64,000 bases of DNA from a candidate division FCPU426 bacterium (GCA_963847625.1 CAWKAR010000020.1:1-64000), one strand, 5' to 3'; counted from the stretch's first letter, positions 48,327 through 59,039 are shown. Notes: generated by a model from the letters alone, not told the origin. Numbers and translations: made by a program.

Positions 48327-48695
48327 TCAGCGCTCAGCCCTTCTTTCCTTCTTCGCTTCCAAGGCTTTTCGCGCTTTATAATCCGCCCAATATTCGTGGG
48401 CCTTGGCGACATCACTGTCCTGCCTTTTCTTCGTGCCTCCAGAAAATAGCAAAACAACCTTTTGTTCATCGATTAAAGCGTAATAAATCCTGTAACCCGG
48501 CCCAAAATCAAAAATTAAAGCAAAAACCCCATTACCTTCTTTATGGTGAACGCCAAAATTCCCTTTTTCAACGTGTAAAAACCGAGTGTTAATCCGATGT
48601 CTCGTTTCCCCTTCTTGCTCTTCAATCCATTCAATGAATGGTTTTTTCCCATCAGCGGTTACATAGTAATCAATGGTTCTTGGAAAAGTTTCCAT
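48327..48695 (-). CDS. Addiction module killer, RelE/ParE superfamily toxin
   Basis: DGKKPF.EW...GNFG...G.GV..L..DFGPGYRIYY...LL..GG.K..Q..D. Confidence 0.85.
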   Translation of the reverse strand: METFPRTIDYYVTADGKKPFIEWIEEQEGETRHRINTRFLHVEKGNFGVHHKEGNGVFALIFDFGPGYRIYYALIDEQKVVLLFSGGTKKRQDSDVAKAHEYWADYKARKALEAKKERRAER

Positions 48696-48845
48696 CCGCC
48701 CCTACCTTTTAGCCATTAAAACTAAATTAACTAAACAGGTGGAGTTAGGAATAACTATAAACGGTTTAAACTTAAACGTCAAGTGCACTTGACACCTCAT
48801 TATTAATAGCATTGCGTCTTTTGAGCCTTTGAACCATCTTTATTC

Positions 48846-49700
48846 CTATTCCTTTTTGTTCTCATGTTTCTGCCGTTCTCCCCCCTCTTCCCCGAGTGGA
48901 TGGTTTAACTGGTGCCAAATCTTCTTGAAAGGAAAGGATATGGCCTTTTCATAATCCGAAACAAACCAACGCGGTCTCCTGCTTTCATTGATTTTGGAAC
49001 GAAGAATGTTGATCATCCTTGCCGCGTTCTTCGGGTTATCCGAAACCACAAGCCTCAAGGCATTTGGAAAAGACTCGTCCAAGTAGTCGATCATTCTGCT
49101 GATTTTCCCTTCCGGGTTTTGAACATGCTCAAATTCCAGCGTGAATCCATATCTTTTCCCGTCCAAGTCGGCCTCGAAATAGCCGTCCGGTGTCCTACGG
49201 CCCTTAATCTGCAAATTGACCCAATGGGACCGCCATTCCGCCTTATCCAATTCTCCCGCCAAGAATGTCTTTTTTACCTCCGGAGTAATACCCCCCCGCA
49301 TTTCAAAGTCGGAAAGCCAAAATAATTTTCCAAGATCGGCATTGGTCTCAAAGGAGATTCGGATCGATTGGACTAATAAGTCGTGCTTTCTTTCATATGG
49401 ATTAACCTTCACGGGATAATTGGGGCTACGAACAAGAATCTTGTCATTCTCGTCCAGTATCTTTATGGCGCCCGCCGTAAGGTAATACATGGATTCCTGG
49501 AATGTGGTCCCTTGCGCCTTGGTTATATCCAGGAAACCCTTCTTAAAATATTGGTTCCTGAGAATATGGCAGGCCATTCGGTAGGTCCTTGGCTGGATGA
49601 ATCTTTTATGAAACAGGTCAGGTATCGTGAATTTATTGGAATGAATCCAAACCAAGTGTTTTGATTCTTCCTCAGTTAATTTAAGGTTTGGCCCAATCAT
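48846..49700 (-). CDS. Replication-relaxation (Replic_Relax)-like protein
   Basis: wHTH-like N-terminus (YYLT), HDLLV, PDGYF...LEFE PD-(D/E)xK-like motif; directly downstream of the T4CP gene. Confidence 0.55.
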   Translation of the reverse strand: MIGPNLKLTEEESKHLVWIHSNKFTIPDLFHKRFIQPRTYRMACHILRNQYFKKGFLDITKAQGTTFQESMYYLTAGAIKILDENDKILVRSPNYPVKVNPYERKHDLLVQSIRISFETNADLGKLFWLSDFEMRGGITPEVKKTFLAGELDKAEWRSHWVNLQIKGRRTPDGYFEADLDGKRYGFTLEFEHVQNPEGKISRMIDYLDESFPNALRLVVSDNPKNAARMINILRSKINESRRPRWFVSDYEKAISFPFKKIWHQLNHPLGEEGGERQKHENKKE

Positions 49701-49720
49701 CCGTTTTTCACATCCCCTTC

Positions 49721-51532
49721 TTATTCATTGTGCATGGATAAATCGGTTTCTAATTTTTCATGTATCGGCTCTTTACCTTTAGGCGGTTTCTTTGGTTGTT
49801 TGGGGGCTTCAGGAACTTCAATCTTGTTGAACTCATTCTGTTTTTTATGGTTATCCCTGATTGGAACACATCTCACATAATCAAAATCCCTCGGCGGTGG
49901 TTTGACTTCCTTGAGCTTCATCTTGAAAACTTTCGGGCCTGAGACATAGACGATCCTGCATACCGCTTCCCCGCGCTTCATTCCCCTCAAGTAATTGGGA
50001 TGGATGATGAATTCCTCATCAGGTTTCACGGTCTTTCCCCTGGGTTGGGGTACTCGTGTGTCATATGACAAGACGTCCTTCATAGTGACTTTGGTTCCGA
50101 ATATGGACGCGAAAAAATCCACTGTGTCTTTCTCGGTGATGTTCATCACGATCTTGTGGTTGGTGTTGGTGAGAATGTCGTCCTTGAATTCCTGGCTGAC
50201 CGCCCCCAGTTGGCCCAGGCTGTGGTGGGCCAAGAAGAAACAAACGTTGGCTTCCCGTCCCAGGGATATAAGGTCGTTTAAGCCCGGATAGGCTGCGGTA
50301 TAAAACTCATCCAAAAACACGAAAAAGGGCGTTTCCGGCTTTTCAATAAGCCGCCGCCCGATTACTCCCGCCAGGTCAATGAGGGCTGAAATAATGACAG
50401 GCTTGGAGTCCTCCTGGTTTACCAAAGATGAGGTTCCAAATAGAAATATCTGCTGTTTCTCCACCACGTCCTTCATCTTGATATCCGGGTGCAGGGTATT
50501 AATAAGAGGAGACCATTCCCTATTGGTGAACCGGGCCAATTTACTGGTTAACCCTGACAGATTAAGCTCCCGATCCTTCTCCGACATATTGACCCACTTT
50601 TCCAGGAAGTATTTGCCCGAAACTGTGTTCTCGTGTTTTCTGGCCAAAACCTTTATCGTCTCGAATGACCTAATCTCGTTTGAGATGAGATTCTGGTAGT
50701 CCATCCGGGTGACATGTTTGAACTCCATGAAAAGAAGATTCGTCAGGTTGCTCAAAACGTCGCTGGCCTGGTCGCGGTAAAATTCCTGGGTCACAGGCCC
50801 ATAAAAGATTGACTTCATCAAGCCGTTAAAAACCTCATCCGGCTTGTCCTTGAAATCAGGATTGTAGGTCTGACTGCGCTTGATATCGGCCAGGTCGAAA
50901 TACTTGAGATCGTGGAGTCGTTTGTATTTTTCGGCGTAATAGGGTATGTGTTTGTTGTAGTTGGATTTGGCGTCGAAAACGAACATTCCCAGGCCGTTCC
51001 TGATCCCCTGCTCAATCAGGTGGTTAAAGATGTTGGTCTTGCCCATCCCGGAAGATCCGATGACCTCGGTGTGGTACTTGAGGAGTTCATCTGGGATGAA
51101 AAACTTGTTTTCTGCGTCCAGGTATAAGGAATTCTTTCCCCCTTCATGCCGGGGCGACTCGCCTTGGTTTTCCGTGTTGTGCCTCATGTAAAAATGGATG
51201 AAATAAATGCAGAAGCCGATCAGGATTGAAAGCCCCATCACCACGTCACCGGTAAACCCCTCGTTTCCAAGGAAAACCCCGAAAAAGTCATGGCAAAAAG
51301 CCAGGGCAATGACTGCCGGGGCAAAAGCCAAGAGGTGGTCTATACGAACATGCTTCTCAAACATGAAGAGGAAACCGACAGAAAGAGCCGAAAGAGTGTC
51401 AAAGGGGGTTACGGAAGGGGTTAAGACACCCAGGACTTCCAGGGTGAATTTAAGGCCCGAATAGACAGCAAATCCGACCAATACAGTAGGAGTATGGCTC
51501 TCAATCTTCTTGAAAAAATTCCCAAACGCCAT
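49721..51532 (-). CDS. Type IV coupling protein (TraD/VirD4-like)
   Basis: N-terminal TMs, HTEVIGSSGMGKT, FDAK, FLDEF, GREANV...AHHSLGQL, ILTNT. Confidence 0.85.
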   Translation of the reverse strand: MAFGNFFKKIESHTPTVLVGFAVYSGLKFTLEVLGVLTPSVTPFDTLSALSVGFLFMFEKHVRIDHLLAFAPAVIALAFCHDFFGVFLGNEGFTGDVVMGLSILIGFCIYFIHFYMRHNTENQGESPRHEGGKNSLYLDAENKFFIPDELLKYHTEVIGSSGMGKTNIFNHLIEQGIRNGLGMFVFDAKSNYNKHIPYYAEKYKRLHDLKYFDLADIKRSQTYNPDFKDKPDEVFNGLMKSIFYGPVTQEFYRDQASDVLSNLTNLLFMEFKHVTRMDYQNLISNEIRSFETIKVLARKHENTVSGKYFLEKWVNMSEKDRELNLSGLTSKLARFTNREWSPLINTLHPDIKMKDVVEKQQIFLFGTSSLVNQEDSKPVIISALIDLAGVIGRRLIEKPETPFFVFLDEFYTAAYPGLNDLISLGREANVCFFLAHHSLGQLGAVSQEFKDDILTNTNHKIVMNITEKDTVDFFASIFGTKVTMKDVLSYDTRVPQPRGKTVKPDEEFIIHPNYLRGMKRGEAVCRIVYVSGPKVFKMKLKEVKPPPRDFDYVRCVPIRDNHKKQNEFNKIEVPEAPKQPKKPPKGKEPIHEKLETDLSMHNE

Positions 51533-51944
51533 TTTTTATCCCCGGTTATAGACACTCAAAATGTTGAATTAGATTTATGCCGGGTTTGAGGTGGATGCAA
51601 GGCAAAACAGGGGGGGAACGCACTAGAGAATAAATCTACTGCACGCGTTTCATCACAATGTGACTTTTTCTTCTCAGTTTTGGGGGCAGGTCAATGTTAG
51701 TCGGCGCTTTTGATCTTGTCTTTCTCAAATGGGGTGTGCCAAATCTGTGCCATTAACAATACTTTTAAAAAAACCATTACCGGGAAATCCCTACAAGGTG
51801 GTGCTCAACCTTCCTCGGGTTGCACTCCAAAGAATTACTATTAAGGTATAGTATAAAATCTTCTAGATTTTGGTACAAACAAGCTCCTTTGGGTTGGTCT
51901 ATCGATACCCAAGCTAATTAAAATTTCTATATGGAGGGCTGAAA

Positions 51945-52235
51945 ATGCAGGATGACAGCAATCATCAAATAGATTCAGAAAAAACTTATCTTCTTCCATT
52001 GTGTAATGCCAAAATTAAGCATAAAGAACTTTTCGGAAATTCTGATAAAGTATTTTTACGTCCCGCTGATCTTGCAAAATATGGTTTCCCAAAGCCTTCG
52101 GTCTATGATTTGGTTTATACAGCTCCGGAAAAAAATAACAGATTTCCTTTTATTAAAATTGGCCGCAAGGTGCTCATTCCTAGACTAGCTCTTGAAAAAT
52201 GGATTATCAGTCAGGCTCACATTCAGGAGGTTTAA
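51945..52235 (+). CDS. Excisionase-like HTH DNA-binding protein
   Basis: SVYDLV...FPFIKIGRKVLIPRLALEKWI; GGAGG RBS. Confidence 0.7.
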   Translation: MQDDSNHQIDSEKTYLLPLCNAKIKHKELFGNSDKVFLRPADLAKYGFPKPSVYDLVYTAPEKNNRFPFIKIGRKVLIPRLALEKWIISQAHIQEV

Positions 52236-52806
52236 TTTAAATCTAAGGGCCTTTCTGAGGAAGAAAAGGAGGAAATGATTGAAAAAACAGATGCATTAGC
52301 AGAAATAATCCTTGATGCATATATGGACAAAAACACACGTGAACAAATACAGAAATATTCAGGGACCTTTAAAAAAATAATGAAAGAAAAGTATGGGCTT
52401 GGCGGTTGGTAAGGATATCCAAAGAGAGGTTTTAGGACGTTAAACCGGATGGTAATTTAGTAACCCCACTGGGTGGTATTCCCGGTTTGGAATAATTTCA
52501 TCCGAGATACCATTTAAATGGCATGAATAATGATCAAGGTAATACTCCGCATATCGGCAATTGAAGTCGCCTCCAGACAAACCCCCAGTGCAATAGACAA
52601 GCTTTCATAATATCAGTAACACTTCGTTCGAAGTGTTACAGCCCAGGACAAACCAACCAACACAATTCTCAATCCTTTCAAGCTCTACCCTGGCTACAGG
52701 GGTTGTTTTTTGTGTCTAGAGGGCGTTTTTTTAAATCCTGCCAGATTATCTGCCGTGTTGTATCCTACGTCTCGGCGGACTGCTCAACTTCTAATTCAGA
52801 GAGGTC

Positions 52807-53157
52807 GTGTTAATGCCTAATGATAAAAATGACATCCGAATGATCCTCAGATTCGGAGGGAACGTCCGGAAGATTCGTAACCAGCTGGGTTGGTCTCAGA
52901 AAAAGTTAGCCGAGAAAACGGGGTTAGCAGTCACTTTTATCTGTTTCATAGAAAACGGGCAGAGAGGCACAAAACTAAATAGTATCGTCAGGATTCAAAA
53001 GGCTTTGGGATGTGAACTGAATGATCTTTTTGAGGAAACTAAAACTCCCAAATTAAAAAGAATAACTGCTGGTAATCCTAATACCTTAGAAGACCGCCAA
53101 ATTACAAGGATGTTATCGGCGAAAAATCAACCTGTATACAGCTTGAATCAGGCATAA
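52807..53157 (+). CDS. XRE-family HTH regulator
   Basis: FGGNVRKIRNQLGWSQKKLAEKTGL...IENGQR; paralog of 14889 and 56595. Confidence 0.8.
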   Translation: MLMPNDKNDIRMILRFGGNVRKIRNQLGWSQKKLAEKTGLAVTFICFIENGQRGTKLNSIVRIQKALGCELNDLFEETKTPKLKRITAGNPNTLEDRQITRMLSAKNQPVYSLNQA

Positions 53158-53424
53158 GGCGGGTAAATACCTTCCTCATCCTGAATGTTGCTACTAGGGC
53201 ATCGGCAACGTCATTCCCTTCCCCAGACCAGAAGACAACGTGGGAAGTTTGGATGGAAAAATCGTAAAGAAATCGAGGTTAGGAAGTCTTTTGAACGCGT
53301 AATTCCGTGTCAAAAATGAAGGAAACATCAATCAGGAATAGGCGAAAGTCGCGGTTTGAGTATTTTTATACTACGGCTTTGGGCGGGTTTATCATGTCCC
53401 TGATAGAAAAAAGGCTATAACCTT

Positions 53425-53783
53425 ATGATGTTAACAAGCAGTTTTCCCGAGCATGAAATCATCCGTTACGCAGGCCTGACGGCCGACTTCATTAAGTCCC
53501 AAAGAGAGGTCTACGCTCCTTACGGGGCACCTTTACCTCCCGATCAACTGAAACCTTTTCGCCCCTATTTCAACGACCTTATCCTGAAACACACCTTGTT
53601 TTTCCAAAAAAAGGACGGGCCGTTGGAAAACCCGGCTTTCCTAGGGGAATTGAACCGAAAGGGTGTGGAATTTTCAATTGCCCGCTCGAGGGCTACCACT
53701 TTCATGGATGTCGTCGTTTATTTCGGGGAATTGGAGTCCAGGGTTGTATTTCATGAACTGGTCCATGCGGTTCAGTACCAAAA
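53425..53783 (+). pseudogene. HExxH-containing hypothetical protein truncated by IS21
   Basis: ATTFMDVVV...FHELVHAVQY runs into the IS end at 53784. Confidence 0.6.
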
Positions 53784-53882
53784 TGTCCGCGGCGCTCGAA
53801 AAGTGTGACGGTGGGCGGTCCAAAAGTGTGACACCCCCCGCCTTCCATACGCCTTACGGTGTATGGTCGTTGGTTAGCTTTA

Positions 53883-54656
53883 TCAATCCTTCTTGTCTTT
53901 GTTTTTGAGCCGTTTTTTTGCTTCCACCAGCCTGTGGCTTTGGCCGTTGGCCTCCAGAATATGCACCCGATGGGTCAAACGGTCAATAAGTGCCCCCGTC
54001 ATTCTCTCGGAACCCATGATTTCTACCCAGTTTTCAAAGGGAAGATTGGTCGTTACCATCAGGCTTGTGCGCTCATAGGCCTTGCTGACCACTTCGAACA
54101 GCAGCTCGGCCCCCGCCTTGGAGAAAGGAACGTACCCCAGTTCGTCCAGGACAATTAGATCGAGCCTGGCCAACTGACGGTGGAACTTAGCCAATTGTTT
54201 CTCTTCGCGGCGCTCCAAAAGTTCTGTCACGAGGCCCGTGACGGAGAAGAAACGCACCGCCCGGCCCTGGCAGCAAGCCTGGAAGGCTAAGGCCGTGGCC
54301 AAATGGGTTTTACCCGTTCCTGAATTGCCGATCAGCAGGACGTTTTCTTTTTTGTCCATGTACTCGCCCCGCATGAGTTCCCGCGCCAGTTCTTGGTTGA
54401 TCGAAGGTTGGGCCTTGAAATCGAATGTGTCCAAAGTCTTGAGAACGGGAAATCCGGCATCCCGGATGCGCCTCTCCTTGGCCCTGCGTTCTCGGTCCAG
54501 AAGTTCCAGTTCGGCCAGTTTGAGCAGGTATTGCGGATAGTCGCTGCGCTCGGTGCGGCAGAGCTGGGCCATCTTGTCATACTCGCGGTTCATCGTAGGA
54601 AGTTTGAGTTTTTTGAGGTGATGTTCCAGCAAGAGGGTCTTTTTGGATTCGCTCAT
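53883..54656 (-). CDS. istB: IS21 helper ATPase IstB
   Basis: As copy 1. Confidence 0.95.
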   Translation of the reverse strand: MSESKKTLLLEHHLKKLKLPTMNREYDKMAQLCRTERSDYPQYLLKLAELELLDRERRAKERRIRDAGFPVLKTLDTFDFKAQPSINQELARELMRGEYMDKKENVLLIGNSGTGKTHLATALAFQACCQGRAVRFFSVTGLVTELLERREEKQLAKFHRQLARLDLIVLDELGYVPFSKAGAELLFEVVSKAYERTSLMVTTNLPFENWVEIMGSERMTGALIDRLTHRVHILEANGQSHRLVEAKKRLKNKDKKD

Positions 54657-56164
54657 ACTTCACCTCCCGTCAACATCAGCTCACGGTAGGCCGAAAGATC
54701 CGTTCGGGCCACCTGAACCCGCCGCAAGTGCTCACGGCCGTCCAGGCTGAAGGTGGTCAGCCTGTAGTCCTCCCTGGGGTAGAGCAACTGGGCGAGGGCG
54801 TCACGGGTGTAAATTTCCATCTGCACGGCTTTTTCCACCGCTCTCGTAAGCCTCTCCATGGGATATTTTTCCAAAAGCTGCATCGTCTTGATGAATTCCC
54901 GCGCTCCTTCGCCGCGAAACTTTTCTTTGCCTTCCATGCGTCGACGCAGGAGAGTGAAACACTCCGGCAAATTCCAGTCTTCCAGGGGTCGAGCATGGTC
55001 GAGTGCGCCGGGTTTCCTCTCCAAAACCGCTAAATAATGCACTGGATTAAATGCCATGCCTTCCTTGCACCAAAGACGATCATGGGTCGTAATCCGCTTG
55101 TCCTTGTAAAAAATATCCACTCGGTCAATGTATCCCTTCACTACCACCGGATGGTGGGCGTACTCCACGGGCACGGAATAGTCGTTGGTGTCGAAGCGTA
55201 CCAGAGACATGGACGTGGCCGTAGTGGACTGCTTCAGGCATGCGTCAAACGGAGTGTCTGGCAAAGGGCGGAAATGGGTTTTGTCCCCCTCAAGAAGCTG
55301 GGCTTTAGTCGCCCCTTTGCCGCGCAATTTGCGTTCTAAATCTTCACGACAGTTCACCACCAACTTTTTGTTCAGTTCTTCTAGGCTGCCTACTTGAGGG
55401 ACCGGCACCATGAAGTTCAGTCGAACATACTTCACTCCGCCTTCCACCACACCTTTTTCGTTGCCCCTGCGTACGGTGCAGAAGTGGTGGTCGAAGAGAT
55501 AGTGGCTTACCAATTGCTTGAAATTCCGGGTCAACTCCCGTTGGTGTACCCCGATCAACTTCTTTACGAGGGTTTTGGCGTTGTCGTAGCTGATCCGCCA
55601 AGGTACTCCACCAAAGTATTTAAAAGCCCGGATGTGGCCTTCCCACACGAATTCCGTGCTCTCCCGCTCAAATATCTGCACGAAGAAAGCGTCCGAATAC
55701 GGCAGGGCCATCACGAAGTAGGGCCGTTTTACCAACACACCATTGAGCTTCACCAGGGCGTGTCCAAAATCCACCTGTGCCTCACCAGGTCGATGGGTCA
55801 AAGGTATAAAAACCTCACTGGTTCTCTTTTTGATCCCTCGCACCGCTTTTTTTACCTGGGTATAGCCTCCGGTGTAACCATCTTCCGCGCACAAGCGCTC
55901 AAAGATACGCTTGGCGGTATGACGCTGTTTTTTGTGGGTGTGTTTGTCGTCTTCAAGAATTTGCTTGATGCGGCCCAGGAAGGGCCCCACCTTTGGCTGA
56001 GACCGCTCCTGGCTTATCTGGTAGCCCGGAGGCTGGCTATGGGCAAGAATCTTCTTGAGGGTTTCCCAATGAATACCCTCTTCTTCCATCACCTGGCGCT
56101 TGGAGACCCCTTCTACCAGCACTTTTTTGCGAATTTCGGTCCATCGGTCCATATCTTTGTACAC
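54653..56164 (-). CDS. istA: IS21 transposase IstA
   Basis: As copy 1. Confidence 0.95.
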   Translation of the reverse strand: MYKDMDRWTEIRKKVLVEGVSKRQVMEEEGIHWETLKKILAHSQPPGYQISQERSQPKVGPFLGRIKQILEDDKHTHKKQRHTAKRIFERLCAEDGYTGGYTQVKKAVRGIKKRTSEVFIPLTHRPGEAQVDFGHALVKLNGVLVKRPYFVMALPYSDAFFVQIFERESTEFVWEGHIRAFKYFGGVPWRISYDNAKTLVKKLIGVHQRELTRNFKQLVSHYLFDHHFCTVRRGNEKGVVEGGVKYVRLNFMVPVPQVGSLEELNKKLVVNCREDLERKLRGKGATKAQLLEGDKTHFRPLPDTPFDACLKQSTTATSMSLVRFDTNDYSVPVEYAHHPVVVKGYIDRVDIFYKDKRITTHDRLWCKEGMAFNPVHYLAVLERKPGALDHARPLEDWNLPECFTLLRRRMEGKEKFRGEGAREFIKTMQLLEKYPMERLTRAVEKAVQMEIYTRDALAQLLYPREDYRLTTFSLDGREHLRRVQVARTDLSAYRELMLTGGEV

Positions 56165-56594
56165 TCCTTTTCCTTCCGGTATCTGTATTCCCAATTTCTG
56201 GAACCACATCATCCCGGATATTCGAGGAGTGTCACACTTTTCGACCGCCTTTTTTGCCCCCTAGACCGTCACACTTTTGGAACGCCGTTTACAGGTCGGC
56301 TTTGCTGACGAACGATAATGGGACTTCTGCCTGGATCCCCTGGATTAAATTTAGGCATTAAAACCCCGCGAAATAGATGAGGACTAAACTAGACAATTAT
56401 TACCATGGGTTTGGTCTTGGAGACGCGCTTTTTCGACAGCCCGGTTAGCAGGCTTAACCAGGGTGGGGTGGCCCAATCTTTAATTGTTTTAATATTGAAG
56501 CCGACACACCGGGTATTCCCTGATCGTCTAAATAAAAGCGATACCCTAGTAAATACATGAAGAACAAAAAAAATCCTGCAAATCAAGGTTTAAT

Positions 56595-56825
56595 ATGGGT
56601 AATAAAAATAAAGATATACAGATTATCCTTAAATTTGGAGAAAATGTCCGTAAGTACCGTAAAAAATACGGCTGGTCCCAGGAAAAATTAGGAAACCAGT
56701 CGGGTTTAGCGGCTAACTACATAGGGTTTTTGGAACGCGGTGAGAGAAGCATCACGCTTAAAAATGTCGTCAAAATCTATAAGGCTTTGGGTTGCCCTAT
56801 CAACAAACTCTTCGACGGAATTTGA
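56595..56825 (+). CDS. XRE-family HTH regulator
   Basis: 59 of 68 aligned residues identical to 14889-15113 (hand count). Confidence 0.85.
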   Translation: MGNKNKDIQIILKFGENVRKYRKKYGWSQEKLGNQSGLAANYIGFLERGERSITLKNVVKIYKALGCPINKLFDGI

Positions 56826-56867
56826 AAAGGTTTTAGAACTAGGGGGGTAGACCGCATGTGGTCTTGT

Positions 56868-57245
56868 TTAAGGGTTACTTCTAGAGGAGACCTTGTCCAG
56901 GTAAGCCTTTAAGGATTTCATGTCTCCCTTGTCGATAGTCAGAAATTGGATACCCCCGCCCATTTCGTTCGACCAAACCACCTCAGCAGTTAAATTTAAT
57001 TTTTTCAACGATCCTGGGATCAAGATTTCAAGGTTCAAGATGTTTCCGTCCTTTAGCGGCTGACCCGCCATTATGAACATGCCGCCAAGGCTTACATTCA
57101 GCGTGGGGTGGTGTACTTCTTTCTTCTTCCGGTTATGAAGACTATCGATTTCTTCCTGGTCGTCGATTACCTCGAAGACGAGCGGGATTTTGACGGTAAT
57201 CCGAGGATGGACCCGTTTTTCTTTTAGTAGGAAAGCTTCCGGCAT
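56868..57245 (-). CDS. PilZ-domain protein
   Basis: EKRVHPR (RxxxR), NVSLGG, AEVVW...GIQF. Confidence 0.85.
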   Translation of the reverse strand: MPEAFLLKEKRVHPRITVKIPLVFEVIDDQEEIDSLHNRKKKEVHHPTLNVSLGGMFIMAGQPLKDGNILNLEILIPGSLKKLNLTAEVVWSNEMGGGIQFLTIDKGDMKSLKAYLDKVSSRSNP

Positions 57246-58185
57246 ACGTCGTCCTTTAAGCTAAACGTTTTAAACACTTTTTCGACGATTACATATTGTT
57301 GGAGATATTGTTTTGATGGTGTTGACGATAATTGGTCATACACTCATTTTACCACCAGAGTTGAGGTGTTGTTGGTGGCCAAGGCAAGCTTGAAATCAGG
57401 GGGGTATCTGTGTGGCTCCCTGGGCGGATTCCTCGAAAGAAGGGCTGTTGCGTGTAAGAATATTCGGTGGAATCTATTTACTGACGAGGAGAAGCCTCTG
57501 GGGGCGGTAAATTTTTCGGGTTCATACCGTCAAAACTGTAATCCAACGAAACCCACTTGCATTTTTCTTCGCAGTTATTGGCTTCGCTGCATCTTCTCTT
57601 GCCACTGCTTATAACGACCCTATCTCCACGGTTTACCCGATTTACCTCGTGGATCAGATAGACGTCCTTTTGAAGGATATAGCACCGTCTCGATTCTCTT
57701 CTTTCCGTAAGAAACCTCCCGGCCGCCGGTGTGGCCGTGCGGTCCGCCAAAATATTACAGCCCGCAGCATATGTAAAAATATGCGGGGCGAAATCAGGCG
57801 TTGTTTTTCAAATGTCCCGTAATTTGATGTGATTTCGTATGTGGAAGGAAACGACGGCTTAAAGCATTCACAGCAGATGGTCAGCGGGGATAGGCACCGT
57901 TTTCTCGAACATGCGTCGTTTATTTAATTACCATCAGGTTAGTAAGTCAAATGCCTTCTTGTTAAAGAAGAACGTTAAAACTCAAACAAAAGTCCGTTAA
58001 GAAGATATTTTAGGCGTGGGGATCAAGGTCCTGCAGCTCGAAGGGTGAACCGCCTGGTGGCCGTGCTTGTTCACGTCGAGGATCCCCTTCTGGATCGACC
58101 CGGCCCGGAACGGGCCCCCCGGGGCGTCCAGGTATTGTCTACGAGCTAGTTCACGTGGCGGACAAATCCCCATTTTGTTTTTACG

Positions 58186-58619
58186 TTACTTTTTCCAATA
58201 CCTGCTGTTTAGGACCCTATTAAAAGCTTCATCTAAACTAAATGATTCACCAATCTTATTTAATAGGATTGCAGGTGCGGAAAATGGGCCATCCTTGGAG
58301 AATCCAGCTTCACCGTCCATGATCTTAGCGAGAAAATAAGCGGTCCTGGCGGCGATATACTCCAATTCACTACGAATCACATAAATAAAGAAGCCTTGTT
58401 TTTTTTCGATCCGATCAACCGAGAGGTGCTCCTCCTTTTTCTCCCTGTTTTGGATATAGCGGTAAATTTGTTCATCGTCTTCTTCTTCGCCATCATTAAT
58501 CGATATCTAGGCCTTCGCGCCACAAAAACGGAACGATTAATTCTGTGTGAGGGAAATCTTTTTCAAGAGCCTTAAGATAATGGGAAGTTTTTATATAAAA
58601 CTCGTGCTCTTCCATTCAG
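58186..58619 (-). pseudogene. Hypothetical protein, apparently frameshifted
   Basis: Two consecutive open frames meeting near 58500; only the 3' part appears in the ORF track. Confidence 0.35.
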
Positions 58620-58757
58620 CCAACTCCAAACTGAAGTTGTAAGGAGTATGGTCTTTTAAAAAGTAAAAGATATAAAATAAACGACAAGATGATAAAGAAA
58701 AAACTCTATCAAAATGATTCAGCATTGATTAAAGAATATTTCGATGACTTAAAGAAA

Positions 58758-59039
58758 TTACTGAATTTTGCGCAAAATGTAAGCTTTTACGGCAGATTGG
58801 GGGTCGGTTACTGGGGGGATACCAATTACAGTAGCGAATTCATCTTTTTTACCTTCCTGAGATCCCCACCCGTAGGCATGCTTTGCTTTTGGATGGTCGA
58901 TCAAATCGAAGACTTCTACCAAACCTTCCCAAGCGGTCTTGCCTTGGAAAACTTCTTTTACCCATGCTGATTTAAAATGTTTTGCTTTGCAAGAAAATCC
59001 CTGCTCAATTGCATGTGTGAGGGCGTCAAGATAATCCAT
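58758..59039 (-). CDS. Hypothetical protein
   Basis: WEGLVEVFDLIDHPKAKHAYGW...PPVTDPQSAVKA; protein-like 93-aa ORF. Confidence 0.65.
   Translation of the reverse strand: MDYLDALTHAIEQGFSCKAKHFKSAWVKEVFQGKTAWEGLVEVFDLIDHPKAKHAYGWGSQEGKKDEFATVIGIPPVTDPQSAVKAYILRKIQ

Larger units (their letters stand above)
53784..56293 (-). mobile_element. IS21-family insertion sequence, copy 2
   Basis: Same ends and genes as copy 1, offset 42280 bp; one visible K/E difference in IstB. Confidence 0.95.

Noticed and set aside
56294..56358. Possible missing dynamin 5' end beyond IS21 copy 2 (MPKFNPGDPGRSPIIVRQQSR joins in frame)
   Set aside because: An in-frame join has a one-in-three chance, there is no TSD and the RBS is weak; not supportable without homolog alignment.
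58000..58140. GC-rich patch resembling a structured RNA
   Set aside because: Reads better as a short high-GC gene fragment on the minus strand (YLDAPGGPFRAGSIQKGILDVNKHG); too short to identify.
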